Assembly: GCA_965662235.1 (NCBI GenBank) | Contig: CBFIGY010000019.1 | Coordinates: forward strand, 1-54,408 | From: an uncultured bacterium | GTDB taxonomy: Bacteria; SAR324; NAC60-12 | Direction: 5' to 3' | Length of the DNA: 54,408 bases | Notes under the pieces: generated by a model | Seen by the model: the letters and a program-made list of their open reading frames with translations, nothing else | Told to the model about the DNA's origin: nothing | Database searches by the model: none | Shown: positions 1 through 10,292 of the stretch, one piece after another | Layout of the letters: the number at the start of each line of letters is the position of its first letter | How positions within the stretch are numbered: position 1 is the first letter of the stretch | Translations under genes and position numbers: made by a program

Positions 1-1
1 C

Positions 2-979
2 CGCCATGCGCAGGTCTCGACAGCAACCGTCAGTCGGGCGCTCAGTCAACCAAGTGTGGTGAGCCAGCGTACCCTGAAGCGGGTGCAGCAGGCGATTGAG
101 ACGACAGGTTATGTGGTCAATGAGGCGGCTCGGAGCCTCCGGAAGAAAAGATCAGGGGCTCTTCTTGTGATGGTGCCTGCTGTGAGCAGCCCTTTCTTTT
201 CCCTAGTGATGCGGGGGCTGGAGGTGACTGCAGCTCAGGAGGGGTACAACATTCTGGTGGCCAACACGGAGGATGATGCCTTCAAGGAGCGTCAACTCTT
301 CAGTTACGTTCAGCAGAACCGAGCTGACGGCGTGCTCATCCTCGGGGGACGGTCTCCGGTGCAAAAAGAAGAGGTTCAGGGGCGTATTCCGCCTGTGGTG
401 GCGGTCAATGAGCGTATCGAGGGGATTTCTGTACCAACGGTGGCGGTCAATGGAAGCGACGCGGCCAGTGCGGTGGTGCGTTACCTATTGGGATTAGGGC
501 ACCGAAGGATCGGTCACATCAGTGGTCCTATCCAGCGGACCTCTTCTGCAATTGACCGGTTTCAGGGGTATCAGGCTGCTCTTCAGGAGGCCGGACTGAC
601 CTCCGCCTGGGACTACTCCACGGAGTACAACATGGAGTCCGGGACCCTAGCTGCCAAGGAGTGGATTGCGCTCACCGAACGTCCCACCGCGGTCTTCTGT
701 TCCTGCGATGAGGTTGCCTTCGGTTTCAATTCAGCCCTGTATCGACACGGGTTTCGGGTTCCTCGCGACGTGTCCGTTGTCGGGTTTGATGACATCCCGC
801 TTGCCGAGTTCTCCATCCCGTCCCTGACGACCATTCGTCAACCTTATCAAGAAATTGGCGTGCAAGCCGTCAAGTTGCTTTTGGAGCAGATCTGCCATCC
901 TAACGAGCCTCTGGACAGTGTTCTTTTGAAGGGGGAACTCATCACACGGGAGAGCACGCACCGGGTCAACACGTTGTGA
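2..979 (+). CDS. LacI-family transcriptional regulator (5' end truncated by window edge)
   Basis: Frame is open from position 2 (RHAQVSTATVSRAL = LacI HTH); sugar-binding domain with VPRDVSVVGFDD, PSLTTIRQP and LITREST motifs. Confidence 0.93.
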   Translation, partial: RHAQVSTATVSRALSQPSVVSQRTLKRVQQAIETTGYVVNEAARSLRKKRSGALLVMVPAVSSPFFSLVMRGLEVTAAQEGYNILVANTEDDAFKERQLFSYVQQNRADGVLILGGRSPVQKEEVQGRIPPVVAVNERIEGISVPTVAVNGSDAASAVVRYLLGLGHRRIGHISGPIQRTSSAIDRFQGYQAALQEAGLTSAWDYSTEYNMESGTLAAKEWIALTERPTAVFCSCDEVAFGFNSALYRHGFRVPRDVSVVGFDDIPLAEFSIPSLTTIRQPYQEIGVQAVKLLLEQICHPNEPLDSVLLKGELITRESTHRVNTL

Positions 980-1015
980 GCCAGAAGCCGGGTTGCCCAT
1001 CAGGAGCCGTCAAGC

Positions 1016-2032
1016 CTAAGCCGACTCCCGGAGAATGAGCCGACCTTCAAAGAGGGTGGACTCCCGTTGGGGCGTCCGTTCACCGGAGTGGATGATCTGG
1101 AAGAGGGTCTCGACGCTGTGTTCTGCAATGGAAACGTAGCTCTGGGCAACGGTGGTGAGTGCCGGAGCAGTGTACTGAGACCAGAGGTGGTCGTCGTGCC
1201 CAGCCACCCGCAGTGAACAACCGTACCCTCGTCCCACCCGGATGCCCTTCTCATAAGCGGCAGCAAGCAGGCCAATGGCGATCCGGTCGTTGCTGCACAG
1301 GATCGTTTCTGAGGGCAGGCGGTGCTGGCCAATGAGCTGGAGCCCTTGCTCGTAGCCCACCCGCTCAAAGTCCCAATCGGCCCCCTGCAGGCGGATGACC
1401 TGAGGCTCCTTTCCCAGCCGTTCCATCGCGGCCACATAGGCTTCACACCGCTGGAGCGCATTCAGGTTCACCGGCGGCATGTCAAAGTAGCACGGCGGCT
1501 CCCCGGTTCGACACAGGTAATCCACAATCAACCCAATGCACTGAAAGTTGTCAGACCCGACAAAGGCGTCTCCGATCTCGACGTCGCTGTCAAAGACGAC
1601 GGACGGAATCTCCTTGGCAAACTTTTCCAACTGGATGAGATCCGAATCGCCTCCCAGCGGGGCCAGCAGGGCTCCTGCCGGCTTCAGGGAACGCAGGGAC
1701 TCCAGTGCCCGGTTCTCCAGATCCGTTTGCCCATGCGAGCAAATCAGGATCGGCCAGTAACCGGCTTCTAGGCAGCGCTGTTCCAGGCTCTTCGCCAGCT
1801 GCGCATAAAACGGGTCCGTCAGGTTCGGAACCAGGATGCCGATGTTCTTGGTCAGGCGTCGGTTTTGGTTGATGGCAAAGATGTTGGGACGGTAGTCGTG
1901 ATCCTTCAGCGTCTGCTCAATCCGATCCCGGGTTGACGGACGAACGCTGCTGGGATCATTGAAGTACTTGGAAACGGTGGGACGCGACACCCCGCAGGCG
2001 GTCGCAAACTCTTCCATGGTGCTGATCTTCAT
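1016..2032 (-). CDS. LacI-family transcriptional regulator of the polyol/tagatose genes
   Basis: N-terminal HTH (MEEFATACGVSRPTVSKYF), PALTTVAQ, LILRES; divergent from the kinase-epimerase-dehydrogenase operon. Confidence 0.92.
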   Translation of the reverse strand: MKISTMEEFATACGVSRPTVSKYFNDPSSVRPSTRDRIEQTLKDHDYRPNIFAINQNRRLTKNIGILVPNLTDPFYAQLAKSLEQRCLEAGYWPILICSHGQTDLENRALESLRSLKPAGALLAPLGGDSDLIQLEKFAKEIPSVVFDSDVEIGDAFVGSDNFQCIGLIVDYLCRTGEPPCYFDMPPVNLNALQRCEAYVAAMERLGKEPQVIRLQGADWDFERVGYEQGLQLIGQHRLPSETILCSNDRIAIGLLAAAYEKGIRVGRGYGCSLRVAGHDDHLWSQYTAPALTTVAQSYVSIAEHSVETLFQIIHSGERTPQRESTLFEGRLILRESA

Positions 2033-2147
2033 GCCTTCCTTTGCGGTAACGTTCCGTACAGACTGAGGCCGGCCACGCCTATGTTCGAGCCCCTAGGCCC
2101 GGAACGCACGCGTGCTCCCCTCAATTCCCGGGGAGTATAGCCAAATT

Positions 2148-2199
2148 CTTTACTCGCGAAAAGTTATTTCTTGACTCTTGTAAGGTCCGTTGCTCTACT
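2148..2199 (+). promoter_or_regulatory. LacI-type operator plus sigma70-like promoter for the kinase operon
   Basis: Imperfect palindrome CTTTACTCGCGAAAAG (2148-2163), then TTGACT (2171-2176)-N17-TCTACT with TG extension. Confidence 0.55.
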
Positions 2200-2312
2200 T
2201 CGATAGCGGGTACGCTGCCCCCCTGAATTTCTATGAGAAAGCCCTTTTGGTTAGTCCGGGACCGGTGTATCGAGTCAAAAACCGCAAATTTGTGCAACAA
2301 GGATAAAAGGTC

Positions 2313-3257
2313 GTGGAAAAAATTACGGTCGTTGGAGAAATCCTGGTGGAAATCATGGCTGACACTCAGGGAAACGGCTTTCGGGAGCCGCTTGCCCTGA
2401 CGGGTCCCTTTCCGTCTGGTGCACCGGCCATCTTCATTGACCAAGTGGCCAAACTGGGACAACCCTGCGCCATCATCTCTGCAGTGGGTGACGACGACTT
2501 TGGCCGCGTGAACTTGGACCGTCTGGAGCGTGACGGAGTCGACCTTTCGGCCATCAGCCTTCACCCGGATCGTCCCACTGGAACTGCGTTTGTCCGCTAC
2601 CGTGAAGACGGCTCCCGGGACTTCGTCTTCAACATCAAGCACAGTGCTTGTGGGCAGGTTCCGCTGGGAGAAGCGGCGCACCAGGTTTTGGCCCAAACCG
2701 ATCACCTCCACGTCATGGGTTCTTCGCTGTCGAGTCCGGAATTCATTGACATCAACCTGAAGGCGGCCCGGGCCCTGAAGCAACGGGGCGGCACCGTCTC
2801 CTTCGATCCGAACCTCCGTAAGGAAATCCTGGCGCAGGCGGGCATGCGAGAGGCAATGTCCGAGATCCTTACGCTGACGGACCTCTTCCTCCCAAGCGGA
2901 GAGGAGCTCTTCCTCCTCACAGAAGCCTCCACCACAGAAGCGGCGATCCAGGAACTGCTGAGTCGGGGAATCCGTGCCGTGGTCCAGAAGCTAGGAGCCG
3001 AAGGCGTCCGCTACTACGACGCCACGGAACGTTACTCCGTGCCCGCCTTTCAGGTGGAAGAGGTGGACCCCACCGGAGCCGGTGACTGCTTCGGAGGCGC
3101 CTTCACGACCTTCTGGCTCCGTGGAGGAGATACCATGGAGGCCCTCACCTATGCCACCGCAGCAGGTGCCCTGGCCGTCACTCAGCGAGGCCCGATGGAG
3201 GGCACTTCTGACCTGAAGGCCCTGCAGCACCTGATTCAGTCCCAGTCCCGCGCCTAA
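2313..3257 (+). CDS. PfkB-family sugar kinase, probably D-tagatose kinase
   Basis: GPFPSGAPAI, SFDPNLR, DPTGAGDCFGG motifs; adjacent to GatZ-like gene. Confidence 0.88.
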   Translation: MEKITVVGEILVEIMADTQGNGFREPLALTGPFPSGAPAIFIDQVAKLGQPCAIISAVGDDDFGRVNLDRLERDGVDLSAISLHPDRPTGTAFVRYREDGSRDFVFNIKHSACGQVPLGEAAHQVLAQTDHLHVMGSSLSSPEFIDINLKAARALKQRGGTVSFDPNLRKEILAQAGMREAMSEILTLTDLFLPSGEELFLLTEASTTEAAIQELLSRGIRAVVQKLGAEGVRYYDATERYSVPAFQVEEVDPTGAGDCFGGAFTTFWLRGGDTMEALTYATAAGALAVTQRGPMEGTSDLKALQHLIQSQSRA

Positions 3258-3276
3258 CAGCTTCTTCCCAAGACGC

Positions 3277-4530
3277 ATGGAAATCCAAGACCTCATCTCA
3301 AAAAACCGCCAGGGCCAGCGCGTCGGCCTCCCCAGCTTCTGCACCGCCAATGAAGCGGTGCTCCGCGCCACTCTGAAGCTTGCCGTCGCCCATGACCTTC
3401 CGGTGCTGATTGAAGCCACCTGCAACCAGGTCAACCAAGACGGAGGCTACACGGGAATGAAACCCGCGGATTTTGTGTCTTGGTTGAACGAGTTGGCGCA
3501 GCAGACGGGGGTGCGTTCCGGACAGCTCCTGCTCGGAGGAGACCACCTAGGACCGAATCCATGGCGCAAGGAGCCGGCTGAGCAGGCCATGGCAAAAGCT
3601 GAGCAGCTGGTGCAGGCCTACGCGCAGGCCGGGTTCCGGAAGATCCACCTAGACGCCAGCATGGCCTGTGGCGGAGAAGCCCGTCCGAGCTTCACCGAAG
3701 TGGCACAACGGGCTGCTCGGCTGTGCCGAGTCGCTGAAGCCGCGGCGCCTCATCCGGAAGAGCTGATTTACGTCATTGGGACGGAAGTCCCGGTTCCGGG
3801 AGGGGAAACAGAGGAAATGTCCGGGCTGCAGATCACGACTCCGGAACGCCTCGCTGAGACGGTTGCCACCCACCAGGAGGCATTTGAGCAGGCTGGTGTT
3901 GGCTCCGCCTGGGAGCGCGTGGTTTCCGTGGTGACACAGCCTGGAGTGGACTTCAACCACAGCGGCATCCACCGCTTTGCGCCCCCAGCTGCTCAGGAGC
4001 TCGTTGCTGCGCTGCGTCCGTATGAGGGCCTGACCTTTGAGGGGCACTCCACGGACTATCAACCCACTGCTGCGCTGGCCGAGTTGGTGGAGCACCACGT
4101 CTTCTTCCTCAAGGTGGGACCGGAGCTGACCTTCCGTTTCCGGGAAGCCGTTTTTGCCTTGGCAGCGATTGAAGACCGTCTCTGCCCAACAACCCGCTCC
4201 GCCATTGTGGAGGTGCTGGACGCGGCCATGGACCGAAACCCTCAGGACTGGGAAGCCTACTACAGCGGCACACCTGAGGAAGTGTCGCGGCTCCGGCACT
4301 TCAGTCTGAGCGACCGCATCCGCTACTACTGGCAAGAAGAGTCCGTTGTCCATGCGCTCAAGACGCTGATGGGCAACCTCGCTCATGCGCCCTTGACCAT
4401 GGGCCTAGTACCCCAGTACTTTGGTTTGTTTGAATTTGCAGACATTCCCACCGATCCGGAAGAGCTGTGCGACCGGCACATCCAACGGGTCGCTGAGCGT
4501 TACTACCGTGCCTGCGGCCTCCTGAAGTAA
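3277..4530 (+). CDS. gatZ: GatZ/KbaZ-family protein (D-tagatose-6-phosphate 4-epimerase-like)
   Basis: IEATCNQVNQDGGYTGM, GGDHLGPNPW, KIHLDASM, GTEVPVPGG, LKVGPELT, SLSDRIRYYW. Confidence 0.92.
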   Translation: MEIQDLISKNRQGQRVGLPSFCTANEAVLRATLKLAVAHDLPVLIEATCNQVNQDGGYTGMKPADFVSWLNELAQQTGVRSGQLLLGGDHLGPNPWRKEPAEQAMAKAEQLVQAYAQAGFRKIHLDASMACGGEARPSFTEVAQRAARLCRVAEAAAPHPEELIYVIGTEVPVPGGETEEMSGLQITTPERLAETVATHQEAFEQAGVGSAWERVVSVVTQPGVDFNHSGIHRFAPPAAQELVAALRPYEGLTFEGHSTDYQPTAALAELVEHHVFFLKVGPELTFRFREAVFALAAIEDRLCPTTRSAIVEVLDAAMDRNPQDWEAYYSGTPEEVSRLRHFSLSDRIRYYWQEESVVHALKTLMGNLAHAPLTMGLVPQYFGLFEFADIPTDPEELCDRHIQRVAERYYRACGLLK

Positions 4531-4551
4531 CTTCCCCGCGGGAGGTTTTTC
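4529..4551 (+). terminator. Small hairpin with T-run after gatZ (possible partial terminator)
   Basis: AACTTCCC-CGC-GGGAGGTT followed by TTTCT. Confidence 0.35.
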
Positions 4552-4589
4552 TGGACCGAGGCCCAACCCGTTCCTGAAGGAGAATCACC

Positions 4590-5582
4590 ATGGAAGCAGT
4601 CGTCTACAACCGCCTGGGCGAAGCTCAGATGGACCACATCAGTCCCCAAGAGCCCGGAGCTGGAGAAGCTCTGGTGCGCATGAAAGCGAGCGGCATCTGC
4701 CACACCGACATTGACATCCTGCATGGGCGCTACGGCAACTCCACCTTCCCGCTTGTTCCCGGACACGAGTACGCCGGAGTGGTGGAAGCAGTGGGCCCCG
4801 GAGTCACCGCCTTTCAGGCTGGAGACCGGGTGGTCGTGGACCCGAACATTGGCTGCGGCACCTGTAATTCCTGCCGCAAGGGGCGGATCAACCTCTGCGA
4901 TTCACTGGGCGCCTACGGCGTGACCGTCAACGGAGGCTTTGCCGAGTACAGCACGGTGGCTGTGGAAAACCTGGTGGCCATTGGCGATTTGCCGTTTGAA
5001 ATTGCAGCGTTTGCAGAGCCCGTCGGGTGTGTTCTGAATGGCGTGGATGCTGTGGGAACGGAAGATGTCGAGGAGGCGATCGTCTTTGGCGCAGGGCCCA
5101 TTGGCATGCTGATGGCCATGAGCCTGCGTTCCCGGAAGGTGGCAAACGTCCGGGTGGTGGACATTGAAGAAAGTCGCTTGGAGCTGGCGGAATCCCTAGG
5201 CTTCTCGGCGCTGCCTTCTGGTTCAGAGGCGCTGGCCAAGCTTCACAAGAGCGTGGACCTGGCGGTGGATGCCACCGGTTTGCCAGAGGTCGCGTCCAGC
5301 CTGCTCCACTACATTGACAACGGCGGGAAGATTCTCTTCTTTGGCGTCTGCCCCCCTGACTACCGCATGGAGATTTCTCCGTTTGAGATCTTCCGGCGTC
5401 AGCTGAAGGTGGCGGGTTCCCATTCCCTCAACCAGAACATCCCTGCTGCTTTGGAGGTCATTCAGTCGGTGGGTTCCGACCTGAACCGGCTGGTTTCCCA
5501 CTCGGTTCCGTTGGCCGACATTCCGGACTTCCTTTTAGGCAAAACCGCAAAGAACCGGCTCAAGGTTCAGGCGGTTCTCTGA
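4590..5582 (+). CDS. Zn-dependent polyol dehydrogenase (MDR family; altritol/galactitol dehydrogenase-like)
   Basis: GICHTD, GHEYAG, structural Zn CGTCNSCRKGRINLC, GAGPIG. Confidence 0.88.
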   Translation: MEAVVYNRLGEAQMDHISPQEPGAGEALVRMKASGICHTDIDILHGRYGNSTFPLVPGHEYAGVVEAVGPGVTAFQAGDRVVVDPNIGCGTCNSCRKGRINLCDSLGAYGVTVNGGFAEYSTVAVENLVAIGDLPFEIAAFAEPVGCVLNGVDAVGTEDVEEAIVFGAGPIGMLMAMSLRSRKVANVRVVDIEESRLELAESLGFSALPSGSEALAKLHKSVDLAVDATGLPEVASSLLHYIDNGGKILFFGVCPPDYRMEISPFEIFRRQLKVAGSHSLNQNIPAALEVIQSVGSDLNRLVSHSVPLADIPDFLLGKTAKNRLKVQAVL

Positions 5583-5589
5583 GCACGCT

Positions 5590-6204
5590 TCAGGCGTAGT
5601 GAGAGATGTCGTTGAAGAGCCCCAACCTCACCTGAAAGTGGGGGGAAACCTCCAGTAGGTTCAGTGCCGCAGGGTGCTGGTCCAAGCGGTCTCGGAAGCG
5701 ACGGACGTCCAGTCCTAGCAAGCTGCTGATCAACAGGCGGTTGGTGCCCTTGTGGGCGACAATCGCCACCGTCTTGCCGCGGTGCGCCGCAACAATGCGT
5801 TGCACCACCGGAAGCGCTCGGCTGAGCACCGTCACCCCTGCTTCTCCCCCCTCCGGAGCCGTTCCATACGGGTCTTCCTGCCACTGAGCCCAGTTTTCCG
5901 CAAACTGCTCCGCGACCACCGCCTTATCCAGCCCATCCCACTTGCCGTAGTGAATCTCCCGGAGGCCAGGCTCTGGCAGGGGAGTCAGACCATGCGGGGC
6001 GCCGACAATGGATGCCGTTTCCACCGTCCGTCCCATCGGACTGCAGTAAAGCGCTTCCAACGGTTCTGCTTGCAGGCGTTTGGCGAGCTGCGCGGCCTGA
6101 GCGCGTCCTTCGTCTGAAAGGTCCACATCAATGGAACCCGCAAACGGATCACGGCTGGAAACCACGGTGGCGCCGTGGCGGATCAGGAGGACTCGTGTCT
6201 TCAT
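5590..6204 (-). CDS. Histidine phosphatase (phosphoglycerate-mutase-like) family protein
   Basis: RHG motif (LIRHGAT), SPMGR, LREIHYGKWDG, IVAHKG; start placed at MKTRVLL. Confidence 0.88.
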   Translation of the reverse strand: MKTRVLLIRHGATVVSSRDPFAGSIDVDLSDEGRAQAAQLAKRLQAEPLEALYCSPMGRTVETASIVGAPHGLTPLPEPGLREIHYGKWDGLDKAVVAEQFAENWAQWQEDPYGTAPEGGEAGVTVLSRALPVVQRIVAAHRGKTVAIVAHKGTNRLLISSLLGLDVRRFRDRLDQHPAALNLLEVSPHFQVRLGLFNDISHYA

Positions 6205-6300
6205 GTCAGCTGGGGAGGAAGTAAGGTGAAGGCGGTTGGCGACCGGAAGGGCGCAGGGCGAGGAGGCCGAAGGTTCGCAGGCTCCGGCCACCCCGTGACG

Positions 6301-7773
6301 TCAGGACTGAATGTAGCGTTCCAGCGTGGCCGCAGTGCCATCGGTCCAGATGCTCTTCAGCGCAGAACTGAAGGCTTCCACGAAGTCCGGAGCCTCTGCC
6401 AGCTCGCCGAAGATGCTCTTGAGTTCTAGAAACGCCTGCGGACGCTCCTTAGCGGCCAAGGCTGCTTCTGCCAGCACAGCCGCGTTCGGGTCATCTAGGT
6501 GAATGGCACTTCCAGACTCGGTGGTACCGGCGCAGTATCGGCACCACAACGCACTGACAAGCGCCAGACCCGGAACCTTCAAGCCTTGCTGCAGACGGTC
6601 TCGCGTGGAGGGGAGGATGAACTTGGGCTGCCGGTTGGAGCCGTCTTGGCACAACCGGGGAATGGTGTCCTTGACCTCCGGGTTGGAAAACCGTTTTTCA
6701 ATGAGTTGGTAATACGCCTTCAGGTCCGTATCCGGAACCGGTGGGACAATGGGAATGATTTCTTCCTCTTCTAGCTTCCGCAAAAAGCCCTGAATGAGCG
6801 GGTGCCGCATGGCTTCATCCACCTGGTGCAGGCTCAGCAAGGCTGCAGGATAGGCAATGGCTGCGTGGCCCCCGTTGAGGATGCGGATCTTCATGAACTC
6901 AAAAGCCTCCACGTGCTCGGTGAAGGTCACTCCGACTTCCTCAAACGGCGGGCGCCCCTGGGGAAAGTGATCCTGCAGCACCCACTGCCGGAAGGGTTCA
7001 CAAAAGACCGGCCAGTTGTCCTGAACCCCGTAGTGCTGCGCAAGCGTTTGACGCTCCAGGGAGCTGGTGGCTGGGGTAATGCGGTCCACCATGCCGTTGG
7101 GAAAGGCCACCTCTTGCTCGACCCACTGGGCGAGTTCGGGGTTCTGCAAACGAGCCAACCCGAGCACCGCGTTCCGGGTCACCTCACCGTTGCCGGGGAG
7201 GTTGTCACAGGACATCACGGTGAAGGGAGGCAGCCCAGCTTCTCGACGCAGGTGGAGGCTCCGGAGGAGGACCCCAAAGACGCTCTGAGGCTGAGTGGGA
7301 TTCTGAACGTCTGCGCGGATCTCCGGGTGTTCTGGATCAAACCGTCCTGTTGCCGGGTTGATGCAGTAACCGCCTTCAGTCACAGTGAGCGAGACAATGC
7401 GAATTTCCGGGCGGATCATCTGCTGGATCAGGGACTGGTTCTTTGACTCCACCGGGACAAACCCGGTCATGGCTCCATTGATCCGGGCCTGCTTCTCTTC
7501 AGCCTCAACCTCTACCACTGTGTAAAGCCAGTCCTGCTGCTCCAGTGCGTTCCGCATCTGATGATCTCCCGGACGCACCCCAGCCCCGACGATGGCCCAG
7601 TCCAGCGCCTTCCCCTGATTGAAGAGGTCATCAAGGTAGAGAGCCTGGTGCGCGCGGTGAAAGTTGCCGACGCCAATGTGCACAATTCCCGGGGTCAGCT
7701 GATTCGGCTGATAGCGGGGACGCTGGATGGTGCGAGGAAGCTCGGAAAGGGTGCTCAGGGATAAGGAAATCAT
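6301..7773 (-). CDS. mtlK: Mannitol 2-dehydrogenase family (MtlK-like)
   Basis: GIVHIGVGNFHRAHQA, TVTEGGY, SCDNLPGNG, FPNGMVDRITP, KIRILNGGH. Confidence 0.9.
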   Translation of the reverse strand: MISLSLSTLSELPRTIQRPRYQPNQLTPGIVHIGVGNFHRAHQALYLDDLFNQGKALDWAIVGAGVRPGDHQMRNALEQQDWLYTVVEVEAEEKQARINGAMTGFVPVESKNQSLIQQMIRPEIRIVSLTVTEGGYCINPATGRFDPEHPEIRADVQNPTQPQSVFGVLLRSLHLRREAGLPPFTVMSCDNLPGNGEVTRNAVLGLARLQNPELAQWVEQEVAFPNGMVDRITPATSSLERQTLAQHYGVQDNWPVFCEPFRQWVLQDHFPQGRPPFEEVGVTFTEHVEAFEFMKIRILNGGHAAIAYPAALLSLHQVDEAMRHPLIQGFLRKLEEEEIIPIVPPVPDTDLKAYYQLIEKRFSNPEVKDTIPRLCQDGSNRQPKFILPSTRDRLQQGLKVPGLALVSALWCRYCAGTTESGSAIHLDDPNAAVLAEAALAAKERPQAFLELKSIFGELAEAPDFVEAFSSALKSIWTDGTAATLERYIQS

Positions 7774-7796
7774 GTGGTGTACTCGCGTCTAGAGGT

Positions 7797-8471
7797 TCAC
7801 GCCTGTAAGAGCGCCTGAAGCTGATGGGTGGTATGCAGCAGGCTCTGGATGCCGGTTTGAGACAGTTGTTGGGTCCGGAAGGCGTTCATGTGTCGCCCTC
7901 CCACAAAGCCGTAGGCTTTCATGTTGGCGCTCAAGGCCGCCTGGACGCCGGTGGGGGAGTCTTCAATGACCACACAGTCCCGGGGGTCCACGCCCTGCTG
8001 TTCTGCCAAGTGCAGGTGCAGGTCCGGGGCCGGCTTGGGACGGAACGGCTCGGTGCTGAACACCCGTCCTTCGCACAATTCCCAGAGTCCGGCCGCTGTG
8101 AGGGTTTTTTCCAGACGGGTGTAGGAACTGTTGGACGCCACCACCCAGGGCTGCTCCAGTGAGCTCAGCAGCTCGTGGATGCCCGGAATCGCCTGCACCT
8201 GTTCGGCGACGGCGGTTTCAATGGCGTATTCAATTTGGTGATGCCAAGAGTCGGGAATCACCAGCCCGGTTTCTTCTGAGAGCTGCTGGAGGATCTGCTG
8301 CAGGGTTTTGCCACAGGTGGGAACCAGCCACTCTTCCAGAACGCCAGGTTGCCGCAGCGGATGATGGGGAGGGAGGACGCCAGGTAGCCAGTGTTCCAAA
8401 CTGGAGAGAAGGGTTTGGTCGGCAATGATTTCGCTATCCAGCAATACGCCATCGCAGTCGAAAATTACCAT
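7797..8471 (-). CDS. HAD-superfamily (IA) hydrolase/phosphatase
   Basis: IFDCDGVLLDSE, KPAPD, VIEDSPTGV. Confidence 0.9.
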   Translation of the reverse strand: MVIFDCDGVLLDSEIIADQTLLSSLEHWLPGVLPPHHPLRQPGVLEEWLVPTCGKTLQQILQQLSEETGLVIPDSWHHQIEYAIETAVAEQVQAIPGIHELLSSLEQPWVVASNSSYTRLEKTLTAAGLWELCEGRVFSTEPFRPKPAPDLHLHLAEQQGVDPRDCVVIEDSPTGVQAALSANMKAYGFVGGRHMNAFRTQQLSQTGIQSLLHTTHQLQALLQA

Positions 8472-8511
8472 CTTGGTTTCTGACGTCCTGAGCGGGAAAG
8501 GAGGAGTGGTG

Positions 8512-9282
8512 TCAGCTCATCCAGTTCCCGCCGTCCACATTATAGGTTTGAGCGGTGATGTACCGGGCATCGTCTGAGGCGAGGAACACCGCAGGGTCGG
8601 CAATGTCTCGGGGGTCGCCCATGCGTCCGAGGGGCACGGCTTCACCAACAAGGCGCTTCTTCTCGCCGATGGGACGGTTTTCGTACTTTGCGAACAGGGA
8701 ATCCACGTGATCCCACATCGGGGTGTCGATCACTCCGGGAGCAATGGCATTCACCCGGATTTGGTGCGGAGCGAGCTCCAGGGCCAGGGACTGAGTGACG
8801 CTGATGATCGCAGCCTTGGTGGCGCAGTAGAGCAACACGTACGGTTCGCCCCGGCGTCCGGCCTGAGAGGAAAAGTTGATGATGGCCCCGCCACCGCGCT
8901 TGATCATGGACGGCACGGCGGCCTGGCAGGTAAAGAGCGTTCCTGCAACGTTGACGTCAAACTGACGACGGTAGCGCTCTTCCGTAATTTCATCCAGAGC
9001 ACACATGTCAAAGACCCCGGCGTTGTTGACCAGCAGGTCAATGCCTCCAAAGGCCGCTTCTGTGGCATTCACGACTTCCTGGATGGAGTCCTGGCGGGTA
9101 ACGTCCATCTGTATGCCCCGAGCCTGGGGTCCCAACTCTTCCGCCACGGCTTTTGCTTCATCAGCCAGCAGGTCGGCGATCATCACATGAGCCCCTTCGC
9201 GAATGTAGGCTTCTGCGATGCTGCGACCAATTCCCCGTGCTGCTCCTGTGATCAGGGCAGACTTTCCCTCTAGGCGTTTCAT
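8512..9282 (-). CDS. smoS: Sorbitol/galactitol dehydrogenase (SDR, SmoS/PolS-like)
   Basis: [46 protein letters not shown]; 4-nt overlap with smoK. Confidence 0.88.
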   Translation of the reverse strand: MKRLEGKSALITGAARGIGRSIAEAYIREGAHVMIADLLADEAKAVAEELGPQARGIQMDVTRQDSIQEVVNATEAAFGGIDLLVNNAGVFDMCALDEITEERYRRQFDVNVAGTLFTCQAAVPSMIKRGGGAIINFSSQAGRRGEPYVLLYCATKAAIISVTQSLALELAPHQIRVNAIAPGVIDTPMWDHVDSLFAKYENRPIGEKKRLVGEAVPLGRMGDPRDIADPAVFLASDDARYITAQTYNVDGGNWMS

Positions 9283-10283
9283 TCGATCCTATTTCCTTGA
9301 GCGTTGAATTTATGAATCATGTTGAGCTTTGGCGTCATGTAGATGGTGTCTCCATGAGAGAAACCGACCTCACCACTGACGCGAACTGTGAGAGGATGCT
9401 GCAGGCTAGCGTCGTGAATATGGAAAAACGTATCCGAACCCAAATGTTCAGAGAGGCCAACGGTCCCTTTCCAACTCCCATCCGTTTCCGAAACGTCGAT
9501 ATGCTCGGGTCGGATGCCAATGGTGTGGGCACCGTGCTCGCCAGCTCTTTCACCTTCAATAAAATTCATTTTTGGCGAACCGATAAAGCCCGCAACAAAC
9601 AGGTTTTTGGGCGCGCGGTACAGTTCAAGTGGTGACCCCACTTGTTCGATGACACCGGCATTCAAGACCACAATCTTATCCGCCATGGTCATTGCCTCAA
9701 CTTGGTCATGTGTCACGTAAATCATGGTGGTCGCAAGGCGCTTATGCAACTCGCTGATTTCCAGACGCATCCCCACTCGTAACGCCGCATCAAGATTGGA
9801 TAGGGGCTCATCAAATAGAAAGGCTCCGGGCTCCCGAACGATCGCTCTCCCGATGGCAACCCGTTGACGCTGCCCACCCGACAGTTGCCCTGGTTTGCGA
9901 TCAAGGTAGTCGGTCAGGTTCAAGACCTTCGCTGCGGATTCGACCCGCCGGGCCTGTTCTTCCTTCCCCACACCCGCCATGCGTAGAGGAAAAGCGATAT
10001 TCTTGCGGACACTCATGTGCGGATAGAGCGCATAGCTTTGAAAAACCATTGCGAGTCCACGCTTGGCAGGGGGAAGCGTAGTGGCATCTTGCCCATCAAT
10101 CAAAATGCTTCCTTCAGTGACATCTTCCAGTCCGGCAATCAATCGAAGTAGCGTTGACTTGCCACAACCAGAAGGCCCCACGAACACGACGAACTCCCCA
10201 TCTTCAATTTGAAGATTGAGTGGTGGGATGACAGTGATGTTGTCAAATTTTTTACTAACTTGCTTGAGAGTAATTTGTCCCAT
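9279..10283 (-). CDS. smoK: Polyol ABC transporter ATP-binding subunit
   Basis: Walker [29 protein letters not shown] tail. Confidence 0.92.
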   Translation of the reverse strand: MGQITLKQVSKKFDNITVIPPLNLQIEDGEFVVFVGPSGCGKSTLLRLIAGLEDVTEGSILIDGQDATTLPPAKRGLAMVFQSYALYPHMSVRKNIAFPLRMAGVGKEEQARRVESAAKVLNLTDYLDRKPGQLSGGQRQRVAIGRAIVREPGAFLFDEPLSNLDAALRVGMRLEISELHKRLATTMIYVTHDQVEAMTMADKIVVLNAGVIEQVGSPLELYRAPKNLFVAGFIGSPKMNFIEGERAGEHGAHTIGIRPEHIDVSETDGSWKGTVGLSEHLGSDTFFHIHDASLQHPLTVRVSGEVGFSHGDTIYMTPKLNMIHKFNAQGNRIE

Positions 10284-10292
10284 AATGTTTCC

